From positions 1,140,001-1,172,000 of the forward strand of contig NC_000962.3 of the NCBI RefSeq assembly GCF_000195955.2: DNA of 32,000 nt, given 5' to 3'. This document shows, piece after piece, positions 1 through 13,727 of the stretch; within the stretch, counting starts at the first letter, position 1, and each line of letters opens with the position of its first letter. The DNA is from Mycobacterium tuberculosis H37Rv (GTDB taxonomy: Bacteria > Actinomycetota > Actinomycetes > Mycobacteriales > Mycobacteriaceae). Below the pieces are notes generated by a model. It was not told where the DNA came from. It did no database searches and saw only the letters and a program-made list of their open reading frames with translations. The translations under genes were made by a program, and so were the position numbers.

Positions 1-1
1 G

Positions 2-2670
<2,669 letters not shown>

Positions 2671-2671
<1 letters not shown>

Positions 2672-3648
2672 TGATTGTCGTCCTGGTCGACCCCCGGCGT
2701 CCGACACTGGTGCCTGTTGAAGCGATCGAGTTCCTGCGCGGCGAGGTGCAATACACCGAGGAAATGCCGGTCGCGGTGCCCTGGTCGCTACCAGCGGCTC
2801 GTTCGGCGCACGCCGGAAACGACGCGCCGGTGTTGCTGTCGTCTGACCCCAACCATCCTGCTGTCATTACTCGACTGGCCGCCGGTGCCCGGCTGATCTC
2901 GGCACCGGATTCTCAGCGTGGCGAACGACTCGTCGACGCCGTCGCGATGATGGACAAGCTGCGCACCGCCGGACCGTGGGAAAGTGAGCAGACTCACGAC
3001 TCGCTGCGCAGATACCTGCTGGAGGAGACCTACGAGCTGTTGGACGCGGTCCGCAGCGGCAGTGTTGACCAGCTGCGCGAAGAGCTTGGTGATCTCTTGC
3101 TGCAGGTCCTCTTTCACGCCCGGATCGCTGAGGATGCGTCGCAATCGCCGTTCACCATCGACGACGTCGCCGACACACTGATGCGAAAGCTCGGCAATCG
3201 GGCGCCAGGAGTACTTGCGGGCGAATCGATTTCGCTCGAAGATCAACTGGCGCAATGGGAGGCAGCCAAGGCCTCGGAAAAGGCGCGAAAGTCGGTAGCC
3301 GACGATGTCCATACGGGCCAGCCGGCATTAGCGCTGGCGCAGAAGGTTATTCAGCGTGCCCAAAAGGCTGGGCTGCCCGCTCACCTGATCCCCGATGAGA
3401 TCACTTCTGTTTCGGTTTCAGCTGACGTAGATGCGGAAAACACGCTGCGCACTGCCGTTTTGGACTTTATTGACAGGCTGCGCTGTGCCGAGCGGGCAAT
3501 TGCCGTCGCACGCCGGGGCAGCAACGTTGCCGAGCAGCTCGATGTGACGCCGCTGGGTGTGATCACCGAGCAGGAGTGGCTCGCGCATTGGCCAACTGCT
3601 GTCAACGATTCCCGCGGCGGGTCCAAGAAACGTAAAGGCATGCGATAA
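2671..3648 (+). CDS. mazG: MazG nucleoside-triphosphate pyrophosphohydrolase
   Basis: The ATG at 2671 sits in GTGATG, which overlaps the mfd stop; the ORF track starts one codon earlier at 2668. The MazG core reads EETYELLDAV...ELGDLLLQVLFHARIAED. At 325 aa it matches Rv1021 as I recall it. Confidence 0.9.
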
Positions 3649-3735
3649 CCGCCCCGAGTGCGACGGGGTAGTCAACAAACCCATGGGACGATGATCGTGA
3701 CGGAAGCCGGTATAGGTGCCCTACGAGGGAGAGTT

Positions 3736-4467
3736 GTGTCGCCGAGACGCTGGTTGCGGGCGGTCGCCGTGATAGGGGCGACCGCGATGCTGTTGGCGTC
3801 GAGCTGCACTTGGCAGCTGAGCCTTTTCATCACCGACGGCGTGCCGCCTCCGCCCGGCGATCCGGTGCCGCCGGTGGATACGCACGCCGGCGGCCGGCCC
3901 GCGGATCAGTTGCGCGAATGGGCGGAGAAACGTGCTGCGGCATTGGGAATTCCGGTCATCGCGCTGGAGGCCTACGCCTACGCCGCTCGCGTCGCCGAGG
4001 TCGAGAATCCCAAGTGTCATCTTGCGTGGACCACGCTGGCGGGCATCGGGCGGGTGGAGAGTCACCACGGAACCTACCGGGGCGCCACGATTGCGCCCAA
4101 TGGGGATGTAAGCCCCCCGATTCGGGGCGTCCGCCTCGACGGCACCGGCGGCACCCTGCGCATCGTGGACAGGGACGGGGGCGGCCTGGACGGTGACGCC
4201 GCGGTGGAGCGTGCGATGGGGCCAATGCAGTTCATTTCGGAAACCTGGCGGTTGTACGGGGTCGCTGCCAGAAACGACGGCATCGCCAACGTCGACAACA
4301 TCGATGATGCTGCCCTCTCGGCAGCGGGCTATTTATGCTGGCGTGGAAAGGATCTCGCGACACCGCGAGGGTGGATAACCGCGCTGAGGGCCTACAACAA
4401 CTCCGTTATCTATGCGCGGGCGGTCCGGGACTGGGCGACCGCGTATGCGGCGGGTCATCCGCTGTAG
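3736..4467 (+). CDS. lpqU: Lipoprotein LpqU with a lytic-transglycosylase-like (SLT-type) C-terminal region
   Basis: GTG at 3736 is preceded by GGGAGAG. The signal peptide ends in a lipobox-like LLASSC. The motif GPMQFISETW resembles the SLT catalytic region. The ORF track extends upstream to 3658, so the start is uncertain. Confidence 0.8.
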   Translation: MSPRRWLRAVAVIGATAMLLASSCTWQLSLFITDGVPPPPGDPVPPVDTHAGGRPADQLREWAEKRAAALGIPVIALEAYAYAARVAEVENPKCHLAWTTLAGIGRVESHHGTYRGATIAPNGDVSPPIRGVRLDGTGGTLRIVDRDGGGLDGDAAVERAMGPMQFISETWRLYGVAARNDGIANVDNIDDAALSAAGYLCWRGKDLATPRGWITALRAYNNSVIYARAVRDWATAYAAGHPL

Positions 4468-4500
4468 CAGGATGAACCGCTAACCCAGGCTTTACGCTAA

Positions 4501-5853
<1,353 letters not shown>

Positions 5854-5857
5854 GTAC

Positions 5858-6544
5858 ATGCCCGAAGCGAAACGGCCCGAATCGAAGCGCCGGTCGCCGG
5901 CATCGCGCCCGGGGAAGGCCGGCGACTCGGTTCGGGGCGGTCGCGCCACCAAGCCTTCCGCAAAACCCTCCACGCCCGCACCGCACGCCAGCCGCAAGAC
6001 CACTCGCACGCCGCATGAGCACATTGTCGAACCCATCAAACGGGCGATCACCGAATCGGTCGAGAAGCGCTCCGAACAGCGGCTGGGGTTCACCGCGCGG
6101 CGCGCAGCGATCCTCGCCGCGGTTGTATGCGTGCTGACGCTGACCATTGCGAGGCCGGTACGCACCTACTTCGCGCAGCGCGCCGAGATGGAACAACTGG
6201 CTGCGACCGAGGCCATGTTGCGCCGCCAGATCGCTGACCTGGAGGAACAGCAGGTTAAGCTCGCCGATCCGGCGTATATTGCGGCTCAGGCCCGCGAACG
6301 GCTCGGCTTTGTGATGCCTGGAGACATCCCGTTTCAGGTCCAGCTTCCGTCGACGCCGTTGGCGCCGCCGCAACCGGGGTCAGACGCGGCTACTGCGACC
6401 AACAACGAACCCTGGTACACCGCGCTGTGGCACACGATCGCCGACGACCCGCACCTGCCGCCTGCCGCGCCACCGGCACCGGAGCCCGGACGTCCGGGCC
6501 CGCTGCCGCCGGCCTCGCCAAACCCCGAGCAGCCCGGTGGTTGA
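5858..6544 (+). CDS. Septum-formation initiator family membrane protein (FtsB/DivIC-like; Rv1024)
   Basis: ATG at 5858 lies 5 nt after the eno stop. It has a basic Pro-rich N-terminus, one TM helix (AAILAAVVCVLTLTIA), a coiled coil (AEMEQLAATEAMLRRQIADLEEQQVKL) and the DivIC/FtsB-type tail DPAYIAAQARERLGFVMPGD. Confidence 0.8.
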   Translation: MPEAKRPESKRRSPASRPGKAGDSVRGGRATKPSAKPSTPAPHASRKTTRTPHEHIVEPIKRAITESVEKRSEQRLGFTARRAAILAAVVCVLTLTIARPVRTYFAQRAEMEQLAATEAMLRRQIADLEEQQVKLADPAYIAAQARERLGFVMPGDIPFQVQLPSTPLAPPQPGSDAATATNNEPWYTALWHTIADDPHLPPAAPPAPEPGRPGPLPPASPNPEQPGG

Positions 6545-6560
6545 TCGTGCCGATCTGGAG

Positions 6561-7028
6561 GTGGTCACGCGGCAACTCGGCCGTGCACCCCGGGGTGTGC
6601 TCGCGATCGCCTATCGTTGCCCCAACGGTGAACCCGGCGTCGTGAAAACTGCGCCGAGACTGCCCGACGGCACGCCGTTTCCGACCCTGTACTACCTGAC
6701 GCATCCGGTGCTCACGGCGGCGGCCAGCAGGTTGGAGACCACGGGACTCATGCGCGAGATGAACCGGCGGCTGGGCCAGGATGCGGAGTTGGCCGCCGCC
6801 TATCGACGGGCACACGAGTCGTATCTGTCCGAGCGTGACGCTCTCGAGCCGCTCGGGACAACGGTCTCCGCGGGGGGCATGCCCGACCGGGTCAAGTGCC
6901 TGCATGTGCTGATCGCGCATTCGCTGGCCAAGGGCCCGGGGTTGAACCCATTCGGTGACGAGGCGCTGGCGTTACTGGCCGCCGAGCCACGGACGGCCGC
7001 GACCCTGGTGGCTGGGCAGTGGCGCTAA
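6561..7028 (+). CDS. Conserved DUF501-family protein (Rv1025)
   Basis: The ORF is in operon position between the ftsB-like gene and ppx. The GTG at 6561 gives the 155 aa I recall. An alternative GTG at 6537 overlaps the upstream stop. The eno-ftsB-DUF501-ppx order is conserved in actinobacteria (memory). Confidence 0.75.
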   Translation: MVTRQLGRAPRGVLAIAYRCPNGEPGVVKTAPRLPDGTPFPTLYYLTHPVLTAAASRLETTGLMREMNRRLGQDAELAAAYRRAHESYLSERDALEPLGTTVSAGGMPDRVKCLHVLIAHSLAKGPGLNPFGDEALALLAAEPRTAATLVAGQWR

Positions 7029-7978
7029 CCCGGGTCGCCGCGATCGACTGCGGTACCAACTCGATTCGCTTGCTGATCGCCGACGTGGGAGCCGGGTTGG
7101 CGCGCGGAGAGCTGCACGATGTGCATCGTGAGACCCGGATAGTGCGCCTGGGCCAGGGAGTCGACGCCACCGGTCGGTTCGCGCCGGAGGCGATTGCGCG
7201 GACCCGGACCGCCCTGACCGACTACGCCGAACTGCTGACGTTTCACCATGCCGAGCGGGTGCGGATGGTCGCCACGTCGGCCGCCCGCGATGTGGTCAAT
7301 CGCGACGTTTTCTTTGCGATGACGGCCGACGTGTTGGGCGCCGCGCTGCCCGGCTCGGCCGCGGAGGTGATTACCGGCGCCGAGGAGGCCGAGCTCTCCT
7401 TCCGTGGAGCGGTGGGCGAATTAGGCAGCGCCGGTGCGCCTTTCGTCGTCGTGGACCTCGGTGGCGGTTCCACCGAGATCGTGCTGGGCGAGCACGAAGT
7501 GGTTGCCAGCTACTCGGCGGACATCGGATGCGTCCGGCTGACCGAACGCTGTTTGCACTCCGACCCGCCGACGTTGCAGGAGGTGTCCACGGCCCGCCGG
7601 CTGGTTCGCGAGCGGCTCGAGCCCGCACTGCGCACCGTGCCGCTGGAGCTGGCCCGGACCTGGGTCGGGCTGGCTGGAACGATGACCACACTGTCCGCGC
7701 TGGCGCAGTCCATGACGGCGTATGACGCTGCGGCCATTCATCTTTCGCGGGTGCCCGGTGCTGATCTGCTCGAGGTTTGCCAGCGGCTGATCGGCATGAC
7801 TCGCAAGCAGCGGGCCGCGCTGGCGCCGATGCACCCGGGCCGGGCCGACGTGATCGGCGGTGGCGCGATCGTGGTCGAAGAGTTGGCGCGCGAGCTGCGC
7901 GAGCGGGCCGGCATCGACCAGCTGACCGTCAGCGAACACGACATCTTGGACGGCATCGCGTTGTCACTGGCCGGATAA
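7019..7978 (+). CDS. ppx2: Ppx/GppA-family exopolyphosphatase (Rv1026, PPX2)
   Basis: The GTG at 7019 overlaps the end of the upstream gene. ASKHA-fold phosphate motifs are AAIDCGTNSIRLLIA and VVVDLGGGSTEIV. Length is 319 aa. Confidence 0.9.
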   Translation: MALTRVAAIDCGTNSIRLLIADVGAGLARGELHDVHRETRIVRLGQGVDATGRFAPEAIARTRTALTDYAELLTFHHAERVRMVATSAARDVVNRDVFFAMTADVLGAALPGSAAEVITGAEEAELSFRGAVGELGSAGAPFVVVDLGGGSTEIVLGEHEVVASYSADIGCVRLTERCLHSDPPTLQEVSTARRLVRERLEPALRTVPLELARTWVGLAGTMTTLSALAQSMTAYDAAAIHLSRVPGADLLEVCQRLIGMTRKQRAALAPMHPGRADVIGGGAIVVEELARELRERAGIDQLTVSEHDILDGIALSLAG

Positions 7979-8079
7979 GTCACATCTGCCACACGCGTAT
8001 CTGCGCGGGGGGACACTCTTCTGCCCGCCTCGTAGCGACAACCTTGGCCGATGTCAGACCCGCATGGGAATGTTCGGCC

Positions 8080-8430
8080 ATGACCAGACAACTGCATGGA
8101 ATTGAGCTTCGATACGTGCTCACCCTGCACCTGGCCGTCCATGGACCGGCGGCCATTACCGAAATGATCTAAGGCCTGGGCTGGCACGGCTTTGGAGTCC
8201 GGGGCAGGGCATCCAAGGTGGTGTCGGAGGCACTGCGCTGGGAAATCGGACGGGGCCGAGTATACCGGCTCGGGCGCGGACGCTACGGGCCGGGGTACAT
8301 CCCGCGCTCCACCGAATACCGGATTCACCAACGCGTGTTGGCGTTGCGGGCATCCGCCAACGTGTCGCTGCGAGGCGGGCAAAGTGTACATCCGCTCCCA
8401 GCGGAAACGCCTGTGGCAGATGTGATTTAG
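8080..8430 (+). pseudogene. Winged-helix (wHTH) DNA-binding protein ORF interrupted by one in-frame TAA (8170-8172)
   Basis: The same reading frame runs on both sides of the stop: MTRQLHGIELRYVLTLHLAVHGPAAITEMI*GLGWHGFGVRGRASKVVSEALRWEIGRGRVYRLGRGRYGPGYIPRSTEYRIHQRVLALR... The helix ...GP..ITEMI.GL...GF followed by the wing RGRVYR.GRG.Y is a typical wHTH pattern. Its stop (8428-8430) overlaps the kdpE stop (8427-8429) on the opposite strand. Confidence 0.5.
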
Positions 8431-9107
8431 GCTTCGAAGCGGTAGCCCATCCCTGATTCGGTCAGCAGATGTTTGGGGTGCGACGGGTCATCCTCCAATT
8501 TGCGCCGCAGCTGCGCCAGATACACCCGCAGGTAATGGGTTTCAGTCGCATATGCCGGTCCCCACACTTCTTTGAGAAGCTCCCCGCGGCCGACCAACTT
8601 GCCGCGGTTGCGGGCCAGCATTTCCAGCATGCCCCACTCGGTCGGCGTGAGATGCACTTCGGCACCGTCTTTGATGACCTTCTTGCCGGCCAGATCGACG
8701 GTGAATGAATCGGTTTCGATCACCGGCTGCTCCAACTCGGCGGCCGCGGTGTTACGCCGTACCGCTGCGCGCAGCCGAGCCAGAAACTCGTCCATTCCAA
8801 ACGGTTTCGTCACGTAATCGTCGGCGCCCGCATCGAGGGCCTGGACCTTGTCCGACGAATCGGTACGCGCCGACAACACGATCACCGGTGCCGTCAACCA
8901 GCCACGCAGCCCGCCGAGCACGTCGATACCCGACATGTCCGGCAGGCCGAGGTCGAGGATCACCACATCGGGCGGATGCTCAGCGGCGGCGCGCAGCGCA
9001 CCCGCACCCGTCGAGGCGGTGATGACCTGGTAGCCACGCACGGTCAGGTTGATACGCAGCGCGCGCAGGATCTGGGGTTCGTCGTCAATCACCAAGACGA
9101 GGGTCAT
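8427..9107 (-). CDS. kdpE: OmpR-family response regulator KdpE
   Basis: The receiver domain reads LVIDDEPQILRAL...VILDLGLPDMSG. The C-terminal wHTH reads YLRVYLAQLRRKLE...GMGYRFEA. There is a 4-nt ATGA overlap with kdpD. Confidence 0.95.
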   Translation of the reverse strand: MTLVLVIDDEPQILRALRINLTVRGYQVITASTGAGALRAAAEHPPDVVILDLGLPDMSGIDVLGGLRGWLTAPVIVLSARTDSSDKVQALDAGADDYVTKPFGMDEFLARLRAAVRRNTAAAELEQPVIETDSFTVDLAGKKVIKDGAEVHLTPTEWGMLEMLARNRGKLVGRGELLKEVWGPAYATETHYLRVYLAQLRRKLEDDPSHPKHLLTESGMGYRFEA

Positions 9108-11686
9108 GGGCGGTCCTCGGGAGCCGCCAGATCGATCACCACTGTGAGCCCGCCGCCCGGGGTATCGGTAGCCGAAATCGTGCCGCCCATAGCCTCGACG
9201 AAGCCGCGTGCCACCGACATCCCCAGACCGACACCGGTGGTGTTGTCGTGATCCCCCGGCCGCTGGAACGGGGCAAAGAGTTGCTCCTCGGTCCCGCGCG
9301 GGACCCCTGGGCCCTCGTCGATGACATTAATCAGGACCCGCTCACGCACCCGTCCCGCGTTGACCCGGACCACGCAGTCGGGCGCATATCGCAGCGCGTT
9401 GTCGATCAGGTTGGCTAGCACCCGCTCCAGCAACCCGGCGTCGGCCATCGCCACGGCGTCTCCCACGTCGACCTTGACCCGGTCGATGCCGGATCGGTAA
9501 AAACCGGTGGCGCCCTTGCCGATGCTGACCAAGGCCCGTTGCACCGCTTCCTCCAGGTATGCCCGGCGCAGCTGGGGGCGAATCACGCCGGCAGCCAACC
9601 GCGACGAATCGAGCAGGTTTGCGACCAGGGCGGTGAGTTGGTCGATGGACTCCTCGATGGTGGCCAACAGCTCGGCGGTATCCTCGGGGGAGAAAGCGAC
9701 GTCTTCGGTGCGCAAGCTGGACACCGCAACCTTGGCCGCCGCCAGCGGGGTGCGCAGGTCGTGGCTGACCGCCGACAGCAGCGACCGGCGCAGCTCATCG
9801 GCCCTAGCGATGGCCTCGGCCTGGCCGGCCTCTTCCGCCAGCTCGCGCTGCTTCACCAGACCCGCGGCCTGTGTCGCGACCGCGGTCAGCACTCGGCGGT
9901 CGCGGGCGGCCAACTTGCGGCCTGCCATCAGCATCCAAAACTCGTCGTCGCCGACTTCGATTGCGGTGTCGGCGGAGTCGACGTCCCGACACGGGTTTGT
10001 CCCGACGCACGCGACGGTTTCGCCTGTCGATGCGCCCTGCCGGACACGCAGCATGGTCACGGCCCGTTGGGAATACGTTTCGCGGACCCGCTGCAGCAGC
10101 GTGGCAAGGTCTGCGCCGCGCAACACCGAACCGGCAAACAGGGCCAGCAACTCAGCCTCCTGGGATGCGCGCCGAGCCTCACGGGTTCGGCTAGCCGCGC
10201 CGTCCACCAACACCGCCACCGCAACGGCCATCGCCAACAACACGAATTCGGTTACTGCGGCGTCCGGTTCGGCGATGGTCCAGGTGTAGCGGGGCTCGGT
10301 CAGAAAGTAGTTCAGCAGCATGCCCGACAGCAAGGCCGACAATGCGGCGGGGGCGACGCCGCCCAGCAACGCCACGATCAGCACGCCGATGAAGAACAAC
10401 GCGCTCTCGCCGCCGATGCCCATGAATCGGTCGAGCCAGGCCACCGTGATGGCGCAGATCACCGAGGGCACCACCAGCGCGGCCAGCCACGACGCGATAT
10501 GCCGCTCGCGCGGGGAGACCCGCGACCACCCGGAGGCCCGGCTGGCCGCGGGATGGGTGACCATGTGAACGTCGATGCCGCCGGGCTCCTGGACGGTGCG
10601 GGCGCCGATCCCCTCGTCAAACAGGCGTGCCCATCGCGATCGCCGCGATGTGCCGACGACGAGCTGCGTGGCGTTCATCTCGCGGGCGAAGTCCAGCAGC
10701 GCGGTGGGCACGTCGTCGCCGACCACGGTGTGCATGGTCGCACCGAGGCTTGTCGCCAGCTCGCGGACCCTGCCCAGCTGCGGCGCGGACACCCCCGCCA
10801 GGCCGTCGCCACGGATAACGTGAACCACCATCAGCTCGGCGCTGGACTTCGACGCGATCCGCGATGCCCGTCGCACCAACGTCTCCGACTCCGGGCCGCC
10901 GGTCACGGCGACGACGACGCGTTCCCGCGCCTCCCACGTGGCGGTGATCTTTTTGTCTGCGCGGTACTTCTCCAGGGCCGCATCAACTTGGTCGGCCAGC
11001 CACAGCAACGCGATCTCGCGCAGCGCGGTCAGATTGCCCGTGCGGAAGTAGTTCGACAGCGCGGCATCGACCCGTTCGGCTGCATAGACGTTGCCGTGAG
11101 CAAGCCTGCGCCGCAACGCTTCCGGTGTGATGTCGACCAGCTCGACCTGATCGGCCGCGCGGACGATCTCGTCGGGGATCTTCTCCTTCTGCTCGATGCC
11201 GGTGATTTGCTCCACGACATCGTTTAGGCCCTCCAAGTGCTGGATGTTGACCGTCGAGATCACCGTGATGCCGGCGTCGAGGATTTCCTGAACGTCCTGC
11301 CAGCGCTTGGGGTTCTTGCTGCCAGGTGTGTTGGTGTGGGCGAGTTCGTCCACCAGCACCACCTGAGGATGACGTCGCAGTACTGCCTCCACATCGAGTT
11401 CGGGAAACCTGGCACCCCGATATTCGACGTAGCGCGGCGGGATCATCTCGATGCCCTCGAGCAGTTTCGCGGTCTTGTTGCGTCCGTGTGTCTCGACGAC
11501 CGCGGCGACCACGTCGGTGCCGCGCTCCAGCCTGCGGTGCGCCTCGCCGAGCATGGCGTAGGTTTTGCCCACGCCGGGGGCCGCGCCCAGATAGATCCGC
11601 AGCTGCCCGCGCTTGGTGGTCACATGCTCAATCATCCACCGGTAGGGCGTAAAGATCGCGCAAAGATCGGCGAAGAGCAACGTCAC
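9104..11686 (-). CDS. kdpD: Sensor histidine kinase KdpD
   Basis: It carries the KdpD N-terminal P-loop GAAPGVGKTYAML, a Usp-like region, 3-4 TM helices, the HisKA H-box SAVSHDLRTPL and the HATPase motif TGVGLGMSVARGFVEAMGG. The GTG at 11686 gives the 860 aa I recall; the ORF track extends to 11719. Confidence 0.93.
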   Translation of the reverse strand: MTLLFADLCAIFTPYRWMIEHVTTKRGQLRIYLGAAPGVGKTYAMLGEAHRRLERGTDVVAAVVETHGRNKTAKLLEGIEMIPPRYVEYRGARFPELDVEAVLRRHPQVVLVDELAHTNTPGSKNPKRWQDVQEILDAGITVISTVNIQHLEGLNDVVEQITGIEQKEKIPDEIVRAADQVELVDITPEALRRRLAHGNVYAAERVDAALSNYFRTGNLTALREIALLWLADQVDAALEKYRADKKITATWEARERVVVAVTGGPESETLVRRASRIASKSSAELMVVHVIRGDGLAGVSAPQLGRVRELATSLGATMHTVVGDDVPTALLDFAREMNATQLVVGTSRRSRWARLFDEGIGARTVQEPGGIDVHMVTHPAASRASGWSRVSPRERHIASWLAALVVPSVICAITVAWLDRFMGIGGESALFFIGVLIVALLGGVAPAALSALLSGMLLNYFLTEPRYTWTIAEPDAAVTEFVLLAMAVAVAVLVDGAASRTREARRASQEAELLALFAGSVLRGADLATLLQRVRETYSQRAVTMLRVRQGASTGETVACVGTNPCRDVDSADTAIEVGDDEFWMLMAGRKLAARDRRVLTAVATQAAGLVKQRELAEEAGQAEAIARADELRRSLLSAVSHDLRTPLAAAKVAVSSLRTEDVAFSPEDTAELLATIEESIDQLTALVANLLDSSRLAAGVIRPQLRRAYLEEAVQRALVSIGKGATGFYRSGIDRVKVDVGDAVAMADAGLLERVLANLIDNALRYAPDCVVRVNAGRVRERVLINVIDEGPGVPRGTEEQLFAPFQRPGDHDNTTGVGLGMSVARGFVEAMGGTISATDTPGGGLTVVIDLAAPEDRP

Positions 11687-11776
11687 GGTCGTGTTCCTGG
11701 GGGGCCCGGCAACTACCATCCTGCTGGGCTATCTGATGCGCTGCGATGCCGGTGCACAAGAATCGAGAGGACTCAC
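11687..11776. promoter_or_regulatory. Divergent kdpDE / kdpFABC control region (expected KdpE-dependent promoter)
   Basis: This call rests on position only: it is the non-coding gap between divergent kdpD and the kdpF-leader ORF. I could not identify a specific operator by eye. Confidence 0.35.
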
Positions 11777-11923
11777 ATGGCCGACTTGGTGTTGGTGCTG
11801 ACCGTGATGGCCTTTGCCGGGCTTTGCCTGCTCTACGTCCGTGGCTGTGAACGGATCATTCGCCGCGACGAAATCGGGGAAACAACAGTCGAACTCACGC
11901 GAGCGCCGGCCGAATGGCGATGA
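11777..11923 (+). CDS. Candidate 48-aa single-pass membrane peptide, translationally coupled to kdpF
   Basis: The ATG at 11777 lies 6 nt after GAGAGGA. The product is [48 protein letters not shown], a hydrophobic helix followed by a charged tail. Its TGA (11921-11923) overlaps the kdpF ATG (11920-11922) as ATGA. I do not recall it being annotated. Confidence 0.45.
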
Positions 11924-12012
11924 CTACGGTCGACAACATCGTCGGGTTGGTGATCGCGGTGGCGCTAATGGCGTTCCTATTCGCGGCGCTGCTGTTTCCG
12001 GAGAAGTTCTGA
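11920..12012 (+). CDS. kdpF: K+-transporting ATPase subunit KdpF (30 aa)
   Basis: The product [30 protein letters not shown] is a single hydrophobic helix. Its stop overlaps the kdpA ATG (TGATG at 12010-12014). Confidence 0.85.
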
Positions 12013-13727
12013 TGTCCGGGACGAGTTGGTTGCAGTTCGCGGCGTTGATCGCGGTGCTGTTGCTCACCGCGCCAGCGCTGGGCGGCTACCTGGCCAAGAT
12101 CTACGGCGACGAGGCCAAAAAGCCCGGCGATCGGGTGTTTGGGCCGATCGAGCGCGTGATCTACCAGGTATGCCGAGTCGATCCCGGCAGCGAGCAACGG
12201 TGGAGCACCTATGCCCTGTCCGTGCTTGCGTTCAGTGTTATGTCCTTCCTGCTGCTGTATGGGATCGCGCGGTTTCAGGGCGTGCTGCCGTTCAATCCGA
12301 CGGACAAGCCGGCGGTGACCGACCATGTCGCCTTCAACGCCGCGGTCAGCTTCATGACCAATACCAACTGGCAGTCCTACAGCGGCGAAGCCACGATGAG
12401 CCACTTCACCCAGATGACCGGGCTGGCCGTGCAGAACTTCGTCTCCGCGTCCGCCGGCATGTGCGTGCTGGCGGCCCTGATCAGAGGTCTGGCCCGCAAA
12501 CGGGCGAGCACGCTCGGCAACTTCTGGGTAGACCTCGCCCGCACCGTGTTGCGCATCATGTTTCCGCTGTCGTTCGTGGTGGCGATCCTGTTGGTCAGCC
12601 AGGGCGTGATCCAGAACCTGCATGGTTTCATCGTCGCCAACACGCTGGAGGGCGCCCCCCAGCTCATTCCAGGCGGGCCGGTGGCCAGCCAGGTCGCGAT
12701 CAAGCAGCTCGGCACCAACGGCGGCGGGTTCTTCAACGTGAACTCCGCGCATCCGTTCGAAAACTACACGCCGATAGGCAATTTCGTCGAAAACTGGGCG
12801 ATCCTGATCATCCCGTTCGCGCTGTGCTTCGCCTTCGGCAAGATGGTGCACGACCGTCGTCAAGGCTGGGCGGTGCTGGCCATCATGGGCATCATTTGGA
12901 TCGGAATGTCAGTCGCGGCAATGTCATTCGAGGCCAAGGGCAACCCGCGGCTGGATGCGCTGGGGGTGACACAGCAGACGACGGTCGACCAGTCCGGCGG
13001 CAACCTGGAGGGCAAGGAGGTGCGCTTTGGCGTCGGTGCGTCTGGGTTATGGGCGGCGTCGACGACCGGCACCTCCAACGGCTCGGTCAACTCGATGCAC
13101 GACAGCTACACACCACTGGGCGGCATGGTCCCGCTGGCGCACATGATGCTCGGCGAAGTCAGCCCGGGCGGCACCGGCGTCGGATTGAACGGCCTACTGG
13201 TCATGGCGATCCTGGCGGTTTTCATCGCCGGCCTCATGGTAGGCCGGACACCGGAGTATCTCGGCAAGAAGATCCAGGCCACCGAGATGAAGCTGGTGAC
13301 GCTCTACATCCTGGCGATGCCCATCGCCCTGCTGAGTTTCGCCGCCGCGTCGGTGCTGATCTCCTCCGCGCTGGCGTCGCGGAACAACCCTGGGCCGCAT
13401 GGTCTTTCGGAGATTCTATACGCCTACACGTCGGGCGCGAACAACAACGGGTCGGCCTTTGCCGGTCTGACCGCGTCTACCTGGTCATATGACACCACGA
13501 TCGGAGTGGCGATGTTGATCGGTAGGTTCTTCCTGATCATTCCGGTGCTGGCGATCGCCGGCTCCCTGGCACGTAAAGGCACGACGCCGGTTACCGCCGC
13601 CACCTTCCCGACGCACAAGCCGCTCTTTGTTGGCCTGGTCATTGGGGTCGTACTGATCGTCGGCGGCCTGACGTTCTTCCCCGCCCTGGCGCTGGGGCCG
13701 ATCGTCGAGCAGTTATCGACCCAGTGA
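12012..13727 (+). CDS. kdpA: K+-transporting ATPase subunit KdpA (potassium-binding channel-like subunit)
   Basis: It is a 571-aa polytopic membrane protein. The start [18 protein letters not shown] and the segments NTNWQSY and [18 protein letters not shown] (selectivity-filter-like) fit KdpA. There is a 4-nt overlap with kdpB. Confidence 0.95.

Noticed and set aside
3649-3672. A small hairpin, CCCCG-agtgcga-CGGGG, lies just after the mazG stop.
   Set aside because: The stem is only 5 bp and there is no U-tract. This is not enough evidence for a terminator.
7777-8079. The 5' part of track ORF 7777-8172(+) overlaps the end of ppx2.
   Set aside because: This portion is out of frame with ppx2 and its translation is low-complexity Arg/Gly-rich. 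Only the part from ATG 8080 onward looks protein-like, and that part is reported as the wHTH pseudogene.
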